Below, piece by piece: positions 33,388 to 45,991 of a stretch of 64,000 nucleotides of DNA. Position numbers and translations under genes: made by a program. The DNA comes from Azolla caroliniana. Its lineage: Eukaryota > Plantae > Polypodiophyta. The stretch covers positions 36,146,001-36,210,000 of the forward strand of contig JBHGNT010000001.1 in assembly GCA_043228905.1 (NCBI GenBank), written 5' to 3'. How positions within the stretch are numbered: position 1 is the stretch's first letter; the number at the start of each line of letters is the position of its first letter. A model generated the notes under the pieces. That model searched no databases. It saw nothing but the letters and a program-made list of their open reading frames with translations, and was not told where the DNA came from.

Positions 33388-33953
33388 ACACAAGACATAA
33401 ATCTCTTAACCTAGATTGATTCATGCGTGATATTCGTGGTCTCTTAACCTAGATTGATTCATGCGTGATATTCGTGGTCTCTTAACCTAGATTGATTCAT
33501 GCGTGATATTCGTGGTAAACACAAGACATAGATCTCTTAACCTAGATTGATTCATGCGTGATATTCGTGGTAAACACAAGACATAGGTCTCTTAACCTAG
33601 GTTGATTCATGCGTGATATTCGTGGTAAACACAAGACATAGATCTTTTAACCTTGATTTATTCATGCGTGATATTCGTGGTAAACACAAGACATAGGTCT
33701 CTTAACCTAGATTGATTCATGCGTGATATTCATGGTAAACACAAGACAGAGATCTTTTAACCTTGATTTATTCATGCGTGATATTCGTGGTAAACACAAG
33801 ACATAGGTCTCTTAACCTAGATTGATTCATGCGTGATATTCGTGGTAAACACAAGACATAGGTCTCTTAACCTAGATTGATTCATGCGTGATATTCGTGG
33901 TAAACACAAGACATAGACGTTAACGTAGATTGATTCATGCGTGATATTCGTGG
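33388..33953. repeat. 55-bp minisatellite, 11 units (two are 38-bp deletion variants)
   Basis: Consensus taaacacaagacataggtctcttaacctagattgattcatgcgtgatattcgtgg; units end at 33439, 33477, 33515, 33570, 33625, 33680, 33735, 33790, 33845, 33900, 33953. Confidence 0.97.
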
Positions 33954-34009
33954 TATTCGCCATCTGTAATATTCGACCATTACAAAATGACATCAAGATT
34001 ATCATTCTT

Positions 34010-34520
34010 TTATTTATTATTTAAAAAAATAAATATTTCTACTTCTATTATAAAAATATCGAATTTTGTGGCAGAGTAAAGAGTGGGGATTAATGAACTT
34101 GGTTTACATCTATTATAAAAATATTGTTAGTTTGAGGTCCACTAATGTCAACTAAAAATATCAAATTTTGTGGGAGAGTAAAAAGTGGGGAGTAATGAAC
34201 CTTTTACTTATTTATTATTTTATTAAAAAATATAAGAAATACTTTTAAGTTTTATATCTATTATAAAAATATTATTAGTGTGAGGTCCCCTTTTTAATGA
34301 CATAAAATATCAAATTATGTGGGAGAGTAGAAGTGGGGGATTAATGAACATTTTTTTTATTTGCTTATTATTTATTTATTAAATTATATAACAAATACTT
34401 TTAAGTTTTATATTTATTATAAAAATATTATTATTGTGAGGTTCTCTTTTTATTATATATTTTATTTTATTTTAAAAATAAAACAAATAGTTTTTAAGTT
34501 TTACATCTATTATAAAAATA
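34010..34520. repeat. Very AT-rich degenerate repeat (tctattataaaaatat / gtgggagagta blocks)
   Basis: tctattataaaaata recurs about 5 times and tttgtgg(g/c)agagta..gtgggg 3 times; possibly non-autonomous Helitron/MITE-derived. Confidence 0.55.
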
Positions 34521-36044
34521 GTGGTGCGCATGTGTTCTTTTGTGCCACCCTTTTAGCACAACCGTTTTAGGATGCGTGTACCTAAGCCGAACCATCCTTT
34601 TTAGCTAAGCCAACCTAAATGGGTACCTTTGTATCAACTACAAATTGAGTAAGAAGTAAGAAGCTAAGTAGGCTGGTTTTGATCTCTTATGTGCATTTCA
34701 CAATATTAATGTGAAGTAAAATATCTGCTTTTTATTATGAACTTAGTCTCTTTTTTAATGTGAAGTAAAATATCCCCTTTTTATTATGAGCTTAAATGAT
34801 ATATCATATATCTAAGAAACTAACTTTATGAACTCTCTTTTTTTTTTTAACGAATATTTTTTCTTACATTTGTATGCATATTCATATACATTCGTCTAGT
34901 AACCCCACAAATGTGAATATGTCAATCAATGTCTCTCAATGGTCATATTTGATGTCCCACTGTTTTCCTCTCTCCATATTTAGCAATTATAGTTTTACTT
35001 ATTTATGTTTTTTTCTACAAGTAGCTAGCCACACCACCAACAATGTCTCTTTTCTGTGAGATGCGATAGATAACTTTGTGTGTGACATAGAAGATCCTAC
35101 GCCATCCTTACTAGAAAGGAAATAAATAATGGCAAGATTAAAACAACACTCAAAGACACAATGCCATGGTATATCATATATGTACTCAATTCTTAATGCC
35201 AAAGATGGCGACTTTACTATTCACAATGGTAAGTATAGATGTTCGATTATGGACCATAATTTATGGTTGAGAGTTGACATAATAGGAGCTGGAATTCATG
35301 TAGTCTTAAGTGAACACACACAAATACAACTCAATGGGTGAAGTGAGGACTAGCCCTAGAGTATATTTTAAGGCTTGTTTCCATAGAAAAGGTTATTTGA
35401 TCCAACAACCAACCTATCTACCATATTCTATACACCCCTTTTTGCATTGATCACAAGTGTGAGGTTGGTTGGCCCTTGGTCACATCTAGTTACGTGAGAG
35501 TGAATAGATCCAAAGAGAGGGGATCACAATATTTTTGCATGTTTTTGTCGATGATCATAATTTCTTTTTGGCTACCATTAAATGTTTCTACATGCTTTAG
35601 TTCTATATTCACATAGGTCTAGAAACCAACATTCTTTCTCCGCTTCCATTGCCATGTGCATTGCTCCGTATTGTATGAAAAATGGTATGAATCTAGCCTA
35701 AGATAGATGATCCACATAGTTTGTTTGTGTCAACACTTGCTCTACCGCTCAATACGGGGAATTGGATGTGGTGGATCCAACCCATTTTCAGCTTCTATTA
35801 TTGCATGGGAAATTCAACACCCTTATTCAACTTCTATTATATGTTATCAGTGCTCAACTTCTCAATGTTGACGATTCGAGGAATCCAACTCAAGGTTGAT
35901 ACATTATGCGTGGGCTTAAAAAGCGTCTTGGTTTTGCTTTGATGATATGTTGCACAATGTTAATTATGGATCGAACCCCAGGAATACGAATTGTATATTT
36001 ACACACACAACACCTCCACACTATTTCGACCCTAGCCCAACATT

Positions 36045-36190
36045 TGCCATGGTCGGATGCATATGTATGTGTAAATGCACGTGTTTCTCATGGTTGGATG
36101 CAAATGTATGTATGTGTAAACGGATGTGTTTCCCATGGTCGGATGTGTGTGTATGGGTATGTATGTACACATGCACATCCGAACATGGGT
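36045..36190. repeat. About 42-bp repeat x3 plus an inverted copy upstream of the DUF639 gene
   Basis: catggt(c/t)ggatg x3, followed by the reverse-complement-like catccgaacatggg. Confidence 0.6.
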
Positions 36191-36507
36191 CCACAATTAT
36201 TATATTAAGGCGATGAATGTAAACTATAGAGGTGTTGATTATGTTCCTCCTTGTGGGCGAAAGGGAAAGCTGAATCGTTCTAGTGTCCTCTCCCTCTCCT
36301 TCACATCGCGACTTGCTCTGTTTTAGAGTATTGGATAGAGGTATGCGCTTTGCTCTGTCGGTGAATGATCTTATCCACTTCATATATATCTTTGTCATGA
36401 TGCTGATGGCAATGATCTCAAAATAGACATACAACATAACGAAAGGTTCTTTTTCTTCTTCTTCTCCTCCTCCTCCTCCTCCTCCTCCTCCTCCTTTATG
36501 TGTATGG

Positions 36508-39500
36508 ATGGGAAGCATGCTGAAAGGCAAGAATTTTATGGAGAATTTGATGAGAGAGAATTCTCTCAAAGGTATCTTTGGGGTGTTGAAGAAGGAAGAC
36601 ACGTGGGAAGAAGAAGAGATCTCAGAGGATTCAGCTGAAGACGGTAGCGGTTCTTCAAGCCGTTCCCGGAAATGGGTTCGGGAGCTCTCTTCTCTTGCGA
36701 ATGTTGTTGCATCTCGGTGTGCTAAGTAGGTCCCTTCTATGTTAATTATGTTGCGTTCATTGATTTGTTTCTTTTTTCAGCTCATTGTTTTATGGATCCA
36801 ATTCTGTGGAAGCTTATGTTGTAGTGCTTTGTGTTTTTGGGGGTTCAGTCCTATGTAAACCTATTTTGTATATTTTGTTCTCTTGCCTTTTGGGTTAAAT
36901 CTATCTAAGCTTATGTTAATACTTCTTTGCTCGTAATTCATTTTGGGTCAATTCTATATAAACTTATATTGTATTGGTTTGTTTTTATTTTGTGCAATTG
37001 ATTCTGTATGAGATGTTGTCGTATTGCTTTCTATGCAACCTTATGCTGTACTGATTTATATTTTGGTCGTTTCTAACTTTTTCCAATGCACTATTGTTTT
37101 TTGCTAGGTTAAATTCCAGATTTGTGTCTGTTTCCTGTGTTTATTTATGTCAAATTTCCTATTCCATTGATTTAGTCTTTATTTTTCAGTTGCTTTGATA
37201 TTTATTTATGGGGTTCGCTTCTAAGAAGAATTTCATTTCTTATTATTATTTTCATATCGTCTTTGTATTCTGTTGCTTTATTTATTTATGAATTTTCAGT
37301 GGCTAATGGTTTTGTTTCTCGAATCCTTTTATGTTACAACACCGGTAACTACTAAAAATAAGGGTTTAGGGTTTAGATAATATGTCTAATCTAGATAACG
37401 GGCTTTGCTGGTCAAGCCCTTCGTGTAACACGAGTTTTGCTTAAGATTTTTTACATACTTTGTTTAAGTGGATAACACAGTGGTAACTCACATAACCTTA
37501 ATGTTAATGGAATCAACTAACCCATAATCTTACCAAGACTGAAGATTAATTAGGATTTATAGGGCTAGGTACGTCGCTGTACGCTGCATCTTGTGACTTG
37601 CATCTAAAGGTCCTTCTTTGTTTCCCGCATACATATATCTCCACATGAATGGAGTTAGATATTTAGAATGTGTCTCGAGCTGACTATATCATGGGCAAGC
37701 AGCTAGGACCATCGGGTATGTAGGGCTAGCTATCATGGCTTGTAGCTATTTGCTTCTAGAACTCTTTTTGTATTACTTGCTATATTTGAAAACCGCATTC
37801 AAAATTTTAGATCCTTAATTATTCCAGGATTTTATTGACATCAGTCAATGAATTGCAACACCAATTTGATGAAGAAATTCCAGAGATTGCAAAGACAGCG
37901 GCAAAGTATCCTCGGAATTTGTTGGAATACTGTTGCTTTAGAGCACTTGCAGTTTCTTCCCGAGTTACAGATTACTTGTCGAATAAGGATTTTCGGCGGC
38001 TCACTTTTGAGATGATGCTTGCCTGGGAAACCCCGGGTGCAACAGACAAACCTGTAATAAAAGTGAGCAATGAAGTTTTTGCTTTTAGGAACTTTTGAAA
38101 CATATATTTATTATCTCGCCATGAGTAGCCATGTTAAGCAATGAGTTTTTTAGGAGCTGAAGTTTTAAGGAAGTAGCAATAGGATCCATCCATCCAGAGT
38201 GAAAGTATATTTCTTATTTGAAATTTTCCACAAGGGATGGCCACATTAAATAATATACTTATGTCAGGTAGACACTGAGAGAACAGTTGGAAAGCAAGCA
38301 TTTGTGCGGTTGGGGCCTGCCATCGCTGGTGTTGCAGACCCTGTCACAGTACACAGTCAATATGATGCATTGACTTCTGCAAGTGAAGGAAGACTTCAGT
38401 TTTCAGTTTATGATAAGTATCTGGGAGAACTTGAGAAGTGAGATACTTCAATTCTTTTCTAATAAACTGCTTGATTTATTGTATCTACATCTATGTGAAG
38501 AAGTAAAGATTTATGCTTTCCTATTTTTTCATTGTTAGGGCTCTTAAAGCTATGAAAAGTCAGTCTTCAGCGGCACATTTATCGAAGCTCCATATGATTA
38601 AAAGAGAAATTGTCATCGAGCTTGAGGGAACTGTGACTACACAACCAGTTCTTCAACACGTGGGTGTATCGACATGGCCAGGTAAATGTTTGCCTAATAC
38701 TTTGGAGAAAAGGTTATGCTGCATGCGTAGAGTCACTTCTTATATGTTGTAGTTGATTTGTACAAAGCAGAATGTTATTTTTTAAACTATGTATAACTAC
38801 GTTATTTAAGTGATGTAAAATGGTACTATGGCTGAAGTAGAGTCCCACTAAATTCCAGTGGATTTCTATAGAATTTTTTTGCATCATATATGTCTCTAAA
38901 TTACTTAATAATTTTTGTAACTTAACTGAATTTTAGCATAATACCTCCATTTTTCATTACTGAATTATCTCCAAGGGCAGTGATTAATTGTTTTACCCAT
39001 AATTAGCTTTTACACAATTCATAATCCCTGAAAATATGCTTTGGAAGAGGATAACAAATTGTAAGGGTTTAAAAACTCCATATTTTGACAAAAAGAAGAT
39101 TGTTTAAGTAGTGAATTTCTTCTGTTTCATATGGGAGCTTTCGATTATGTATGACTAAAGTGGGGCTTAATAGTGTCTTTTTGTAGTTCTTTGAAAAGAT
39201 AATGGGAGGCGCTTTTACAAATATGATGCTAACTCATTTTGGAAGTTACATTTCTGCAGGTCGTTTAACCCTGACAGATCATGCTCTATATTTTGAATCC
39301 ATCGGAGTGGTGTCATATGATAAGCCTAAGAAATTTGATCTAGCTGGTAATTTCCGTCAAACTGTAAGACCTGAGCTGACTGGTCCATGGGGTGCACGAT
39401 TATTTGACAAAGCTATTTTATGCAAATCAGCTGCGATGTAAGTTTACTATAGATAGATATGAATTTGTAGAAGTTGATACGACATATATGCATACTAACT

Positions 39501-42500
39501 TTTCTATATATACATTTGTTTTTCTATTCAAGCACGCTGCTTATTGATGGGTAATTATTGCAGCCCTGAACCATTGCTATTTGAGTTTCCAGAGTTCACG
39601 GGTCATGCACGGCGTGATTATTGGCTCTCAGTCGTGCGAGAACTTATTTGTGCACACCAGTTCATAAGAAAATATCAGTTAGAAGTAGGAAAGGCCGAGG
39701 CTTTATCAAGGGCAGTTTTAGGCATTGCTCGTCTTCGAGCAACGAGGGAGCTAAGTCATGCTTTACCCCCCAAACCAGAGGCCCTTCTTTCATTTTTAAC
39801 TGGCGAGGAGCTACATGGTGGAGATCTTATAATGGAGGCTGTGGCAAGAACTCTTCGATCGGTAGATAGTCCACGCATTGATGGAGATGCCTGTGCCGGT
39901 CCCAACACCAGTACCAGTAATGGTAAATTTGTAACACATCGGCTTTTTGCGATATCAGCAGCTGCAACTTTAATCAGTTTTGGTGCCTCAAAGAAACCAT
40001 CAAGTGGTGAGGATGCAGCTTTCCCTGTTGGAGAGTTTTTGATTGGTGATCTAAATCCTGTTGAAAGAGCAGTCATGCAGTCTCGAGATAACTCGAAACG
40101 AATGGAACTTGCACAATCTACTATTGATGGTGTGAAAGTTGATGGAATTGAGATGAATATAGCTGTAATGAAGGTTTTTATCATTATTTTCTCCTCCAGT
40201 TTAACTCTGTTTAATTCTTATGTACATCTAAATATATATTTTGTTTCATGTACTTTAATTGTCCTTATAGAAGAGACCATATACTCATTTGTGGTATCTT
40301 GTTGAGGCTGTTTTGGTCTTTTTGAGGCATAAATACATCATCTTTCTTTTTAAAATGGCTTAGTGCTTACAATTTACTTGGAACATTTCTATTCCCAGGA
40401 GTTGATGGTACCCATCAGTGCTGTTTTGGAGTGGATCAAGTCATTGCAGTCTTGGAATGAACCATTTAAGACAACCACTTTTCTTATAATTTGTTCCTAT
40501 GTCATGCTCAAGTATGTTTTTTGATACTTGCAAGCCCAGAGTGAATGAATCAACGTTGAGATATTCATCATAAGTTTTCTGTTCCTTGCCTCACATTCAT
40601 CATTTACACTGTTTTGAGCCAGTGTGTGGGGATATTGACAGGAATCTCCTTGGATATGTCATTCCGGTGTGCCTTTTGTGCTTGGCTGGATTCATGCTCT
40701 GGTTCAGGCAAGGTCAAGATAACAATTCGGGAGAGCTTCGAGTTATATCCCCTGCAGTTCAAAGCACTGTGGAACAGCTGTTAGCTCTGCAGCAGGGCCT
40801 AACTGAATTGAAAGACTTGTTACAGGCTGGAAATATCTTCCTTTTGAAACTCCGGGCTATCTTGTTCTCAACACACTCTCAGGTTACATCTAAACTTAGT
40901 TAATCTCCAATTTAAAATCGTAAATTCATTTCACACAAATAAAATAAGGGGTAGGTGAGTGTCTGGTGTTTCGGATCTTCTGCATATACTCATTAAGAAA
41001 GCCATGGCACATGCACACCTGTTCAAGTTCTCAGCGGTTTTTTTCTCTATTTACCTGTTCAAATATGTTTGAGAATGCAAGGAATAATTAAATTAGCTTC
41101 TGAACGTTTGCATTATTCTTCTTGTTATTTTAATTCTCTTTACCCTTCATTGGAATGTCAATTCTTTTTCCGTTTTTGACGAAAATCTGTGAGTAATAAA
41201 ACCAGTTCATTCCTGTTTCTCAACTATGAAGTAAAAACCTTTCATTTGTTTGGTCTTGAACATGTAGGATACATTCTTCGAATGAAACATGAGATATTCT
41301 TGCCAGAAACTAATATACAAAGATCATCTACAAGTAAAAACCTGTATGCATGTAGTTTCTTTGGACAGTAAAACCAGGTCATTCCTGTTTCTCAGCTATG
41401 AAGTAAAAACCTTTCATTTGTTTGGTTTTGAACATGTAGGATACATTCTTCGAATGTTGAGGAAACATGAGATATTCTTGCCAGAAACTACTATACAAAG
41501 ATCATCTACAAGTAAAAACCTGTATGCATGTAGTTCCTGAAATCCCAGTAGTCTGATGTTTTAGCCTTTTTTCAGACAGTAAAACTCCAAGCAGACAACC
41601 AATTTAGCTAAAGTTCATCACTGAAGAGTTTGATATAAAATGTCGAAGATAATTCTTACGATTTCATTTCACGTCCGATGAGTTGTATTATGCTAAACAA
41701 GAATTTGGTGCCCTGTTGGCCCCAAATCCTTGGGGCTTCCTTCGGTATTTCTTGGATTGATTATGAATAGAATGTAAGACAATAACTCAGAGCCCAAACC
41801 CAACATTCTAAGCCTATTTCAGGAACTATAACCCATCATAAAGCTTCCTAAGTATTCTCCCCAGAGCATCGTACCAAAGAAAGTAAATCAACTATGATTC
41901 CTGCAGATTTCAGCTCTCTAAATTGATTTTTCCATCTCCTTGAATCTATTTTCTCATATTGCCTTGTGTCATCTCTTCAAAAACATATTTTATCCCTCTC
42001 ATTTGTCCATTCATAACTTTTAAGTGGAATATGTAAGGGGTTTTTTAAGACACTTTTACAATTGGATGCACACCCTCCTCTTGCATCAAAACCAAATGTT
42101 ATCTGAACCAATCACATACGATACCAGTCTGGACTATGGACCGTGGCTCTTCTGATATTGCTCCCAATTTCAAGAGTTACTGGTACTGAGTAAAAATAAA
42201 ATAAACGAGAAATAATTGTTTAAAAAAGAGATCAAAACTAACACTCCCGGTGACAAAAAGAGAAAAAGACATGCAATCATTAGATAATGAACATTCATTT
42301 GGGCTATTTTGACCAGCGAGATTCGTTGTCAACTTGGCTGGATGTTATTCCCCAACAGCGTGAATGATCTTCTCTAGTCTCTAGTGCAAGAGCTACAGAT
42401 AGTTGCTGGACACTGCGTATGAACATCGAGAATGATTTATAGTTCAACGATACGGGTTGTGAAGATAAGTAGAGGAGGATTATCCTTTCTTAATGCTGTG

Positions 42501-44073
42501 GCTAAATAATCCCTTTTTGTGGTAACTGTGAGCTGTTTTAAAATCGTTTAAACTCATGTCCTCACATTCCACAAAATATGCCATTCTGCAGAATAATTAG
42601 TGGGCAGTTTCTTACATCTACATAAGAACCGTAGTCAAGGAAACCCAGGTGGAAAGGTGAGAGCGACATTTTTGTTCTCTCTACATGTTCCTGTCATCCA
42701 AAGATGTCGTGACATAGGAGGGATAAATTTTCTCGGCCATGCTACTTCATGTGTGTTTGTCTTATGAATGTTCTCAGCATTTGCACAGAAATCAAGACTG
42801 GATTATTATATGTTAAGGAGATTGAATTTTCAAAGTGGCCTAACCATTCCCAACCGCATGTCCTAACCTCACTAGCAACTCCATATCATGTGATTAAGAA
42901 TACCATGAATCTTGCTAAAGTTCTATATTCAGACTCTGATCATGGACTATCCAAATTGCATGAAATACCATACCCAGAAATTTGTATTAGGTACCTCCTA
43001 TTTGGACTCTACTTTTGGAATGGGGCGCCTCAGAAGTGGTTGATTATTGCATTTATATTTCATCAAGGTGTCCATTAGAAATGTAGACCTAGGCATCCAT
43101 ATAATACCTTCCCTAGCTCCATATGCTGAATGTTTGTAAGGGTGGAGCCATGAGGTCCGCCACCTCCTTATCAAAGTAGAAAAATAAGGGATGAAACTAA
43201 CTGGTATCTTTTTTGGTTTGCAATGCTAAAATGGGGAATTTTGTATAGCCTTATTGGGCCTATTCCCATCAACTCATCAGATTCATCCATACACCTTCCT
43301 CGTGCCCTATCATATACCCAAAGCCGACTTCACATGGTCAAAGTTATCTTATATCTAATATTTCTTGAGTCTATTTAATATCTAATACATAAACCATGAA
43401 AACGGTACTGTACAAGATTTCTATATTTTCGTTTCTTTCCCACTCTTTGCAACCTCAGCTGACATGACATAGTTATCATAAGATCATAGGCTAGCTTTGT
43501 TTGTTTCTAGAACTTGTCATCAAGCTCAATGCATTGGCTTAGAAGGGATTAGCGAAGGCAATGTGTTTGCTTTATGTGATGGTATGAACCATAGACTATC
43601 TAAATACAAAAAGAAAAAGATTAGAAAATTTGGAATAGGATTGATGATTGTGTGATGCTTATCATTTTGTTCAGAATTTCAAAATTCATCAGGAGTTAAT
43701 ACTCAAACCCTTCACAATAATAAGTCAGGCTATTGTCAGTGCACATTCTATACTAGTTTGTCACAAGGGTAAATTTTGTTCCTTTTAACTGAAAGATATT
43801 ATTTTCTTCTTCTAAAAAGTATGTTTGCGAAAACATTTTTCATAGGCGACAGACCAAGTGGCGAAAGTGCTAGTCATCCTTGCATTTTCTCTCGCATTTC
43901 TTCCTTTCAAGCTAATTTTGCTCTCAATGTTTTGGGAGGCATTCACACGACAAACACGCTTCCGTCAAGAAAGCACTGAACGCATAATGCGAAGGGTAAG
44001 AGAATGGTGGTACAGCATACCTGTTGTTCCTGTTCGTCTCCTCAAAGTTGAGGAAGAGAAAAAGAAAAGCTAA
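36508..44073 (+). CDS. Plant DUF639 family protein, about 711 aa, 9 exons
   Basis: Exons 36508-36725, 37828-38062, 38268-38437, 38539-38681, 39260-39437, 39564-40173, 40399-40511, 40642-40882, 43846-44073 (2136 nt, in frame). Motifs ELSSLANVV.SRC, RNLLEYCCFRAL, FRRLTFEMMLAWE, PVLQHVGVSTWPGRLTLTDHALYFE, LTGPWGARLFDKA, RRVREWWYSIPVVPV. Confidence 0.9.
41197..41536. repeat. Intronic tandem duplication, about 172 bp x2
   Basis: taaaaccag.tcattcctgtttctca...aaaacctgtatgcatgtagtt at about 41197 and 41369. Confidence 0.9.
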
Positions 44074-45903
44074 AGATCCTGAACAGTTTTTCAGCTCTTC
44101 CCCCATGTTAGCTATATAGATAGATATAGATACTAAAGCAACAGGGAAGATATATTGGTATTTGGAAGATGCATATAGCTGACACACACCCTCAAACATC
44201 AGTAAAGAATGGAGATGGTACAAATAGATTCAAGTTGGTATGAAGGATCCCTTGTATAGGTATTGCTTCTTTTCGTTTTATCCACATTGTATACATGCTC
44301 TACAATCTTTATCACACTCGAGTAATTTGAACTCTTACAAATATAGCCTCAGTTAGAGCCTGTTGTTTGCTTTTCCTTTCACCTTAAGTAGAATCACCTA
44401 CTCGTTAACTTGAGTTGTCAGAACTGTACATATTTCTACAGTAAATTGTAACTATGACAGGAGGACTGAAGTAATGTTAGAGTGGAATATTGTTAGAGAA
44501 GAGGTCCTTAGCAAAGTGACCACCTTGATTCCGTAGTATGGTTAAAGTCGTATCCATATATTTATATATACTATTTCTCTGAGTGTAGTCGGTCACGTGT
44601 TCGCTGTTCAAAATGAAGTTTCATGTGAGAAATGAGCTCCGAATATATGTTCTCTAGTTTTGCATCACAATAAAGATCCCAAAAGACTTTAAAGATCTCA
44701 CTTATCAATGATTTGTGCGTAAAATATTCAGAGATGATAAATAGGAGTAGATTTGAGAATTGGATTACTTTCTATGACATTTTACATCAAGTATTATTTT
44801 AAATTTATGTTATTCTCAAAATTGAAGGGGTGACTATTTGACTATTTTGTTTGTTGTTTTGCCTTTACATGTTGGCGACCGTTAGTATATTACTATTGAC
44901 TAGTTAAATGGGTTTTGTGTTGGCTAATTCTTCCAAGGTCAATCACTTTCTTTGAACACCCCAAATAGCAATATGGGAACAAACTATAAAAAGATGTATG
45001 TATTCGCAAAAGTATTCGCCAACTATCACTTCTTTGGCTTCTTAAAGAAGTAATCTAGGAGTATCAAGATCTGATGTTCTTGTGAGGGATTATCCAGCAG
45101 TCATGTTTGGTTTTGCATAGATGCAACTTTGCTTGTGACCAATGCTTTGTTTCCAAACTTTCTAGTGCAAGGAATTACTAGTTATTTGAACTTTTGTGGG
45201 GATTTGTGTAGATTAGAACTATTAACGACTTTTGAAAATATCATGCAACCATGATTTAATCTCTCTTTGTTAAGAGTCTAATACTAATTAATAGACCAAA
45301 ATAAAGTAAAAAGAAGGAAAATAGATTGGATAGAAGAACCCGTTCCACCCAACCACCCTCGAGCTATGATCTAGACATAACCAACCTACCACCGACGTCC
45401 TATATCTTCGGATATTCGGATGACTAATACCTTGGAAGAGATAAACACGATCGTCGAGACGAAAGCTTAGCCCGCACCACTAGTGTGTAAGACAATAGCC
45501 TTTCGACGTAATGTGCTTACGAGGGTAGCTAAGCCTCATATTTATACCTTTTCTTAGACCCCTTTTAAGTTTAAATTGTTTGATTTTAATTCTAAATTGT
45601 TAGGTGTTAAGTCTAAATTATTTGACGTCTTTTTTTCGGTATCCCCTTTCTTTGTACTTGAAAAACTAAGATTAGATTCTATTCTTTTTAGAAAAAAATT
45701 GTTAAATTCCATAGGATTTGGAACTATCTAGAATAGATTTGCCTTTCTAAAAGGCTCTCCATTCATTGGTTGTCCAAATCATGATAGTGCATGCACCTAT
45801 CATTCCTTCTATCCAATCACATTAGTCCCCTTTTTAACATTAGTGAATATACCCTTCACTTAGGTAAATATTAGTGACCTACCCTCACCTACGTTATGTG
45901 TAC

Positions 45904-45906
<3 letters not shown>

Positions 45907-45989
<83 letters not shown>
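45907..45989. repeat. Compound (CA)n(CT)n microsatellite
   Basis: Directly visible in the sequence. Confidence 0.95.

Positions 45990-45991
<2 letters not shown>

Noticed and set aside
33388-33953. CRISPR-like appearance of the regularly spaced repeat
   Set aside because: Units are contiguous with no unique spacers, there are no cas genes, and the context is eukaryotic; it is a minisatellite.
36021-36602. 193-aa minus-strand ORF with poly-G/E
   Set aside because: Built from (CCT)n/(CTT)n microsatellites and short repeats, antisense to the DUF639 5' region.
42300-43350. Possible LINE relic in DUF639 intron 8
   Set aside because: Only isolated hints (e.g. WHILWN on the minus strand); too degenerate to support.
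45330-45560. LTR-like fragment (GC-richer patch ending ..tatttata)
   Set aside because: No TG..CA pair, TSD, PBS or partner copy could be identified.
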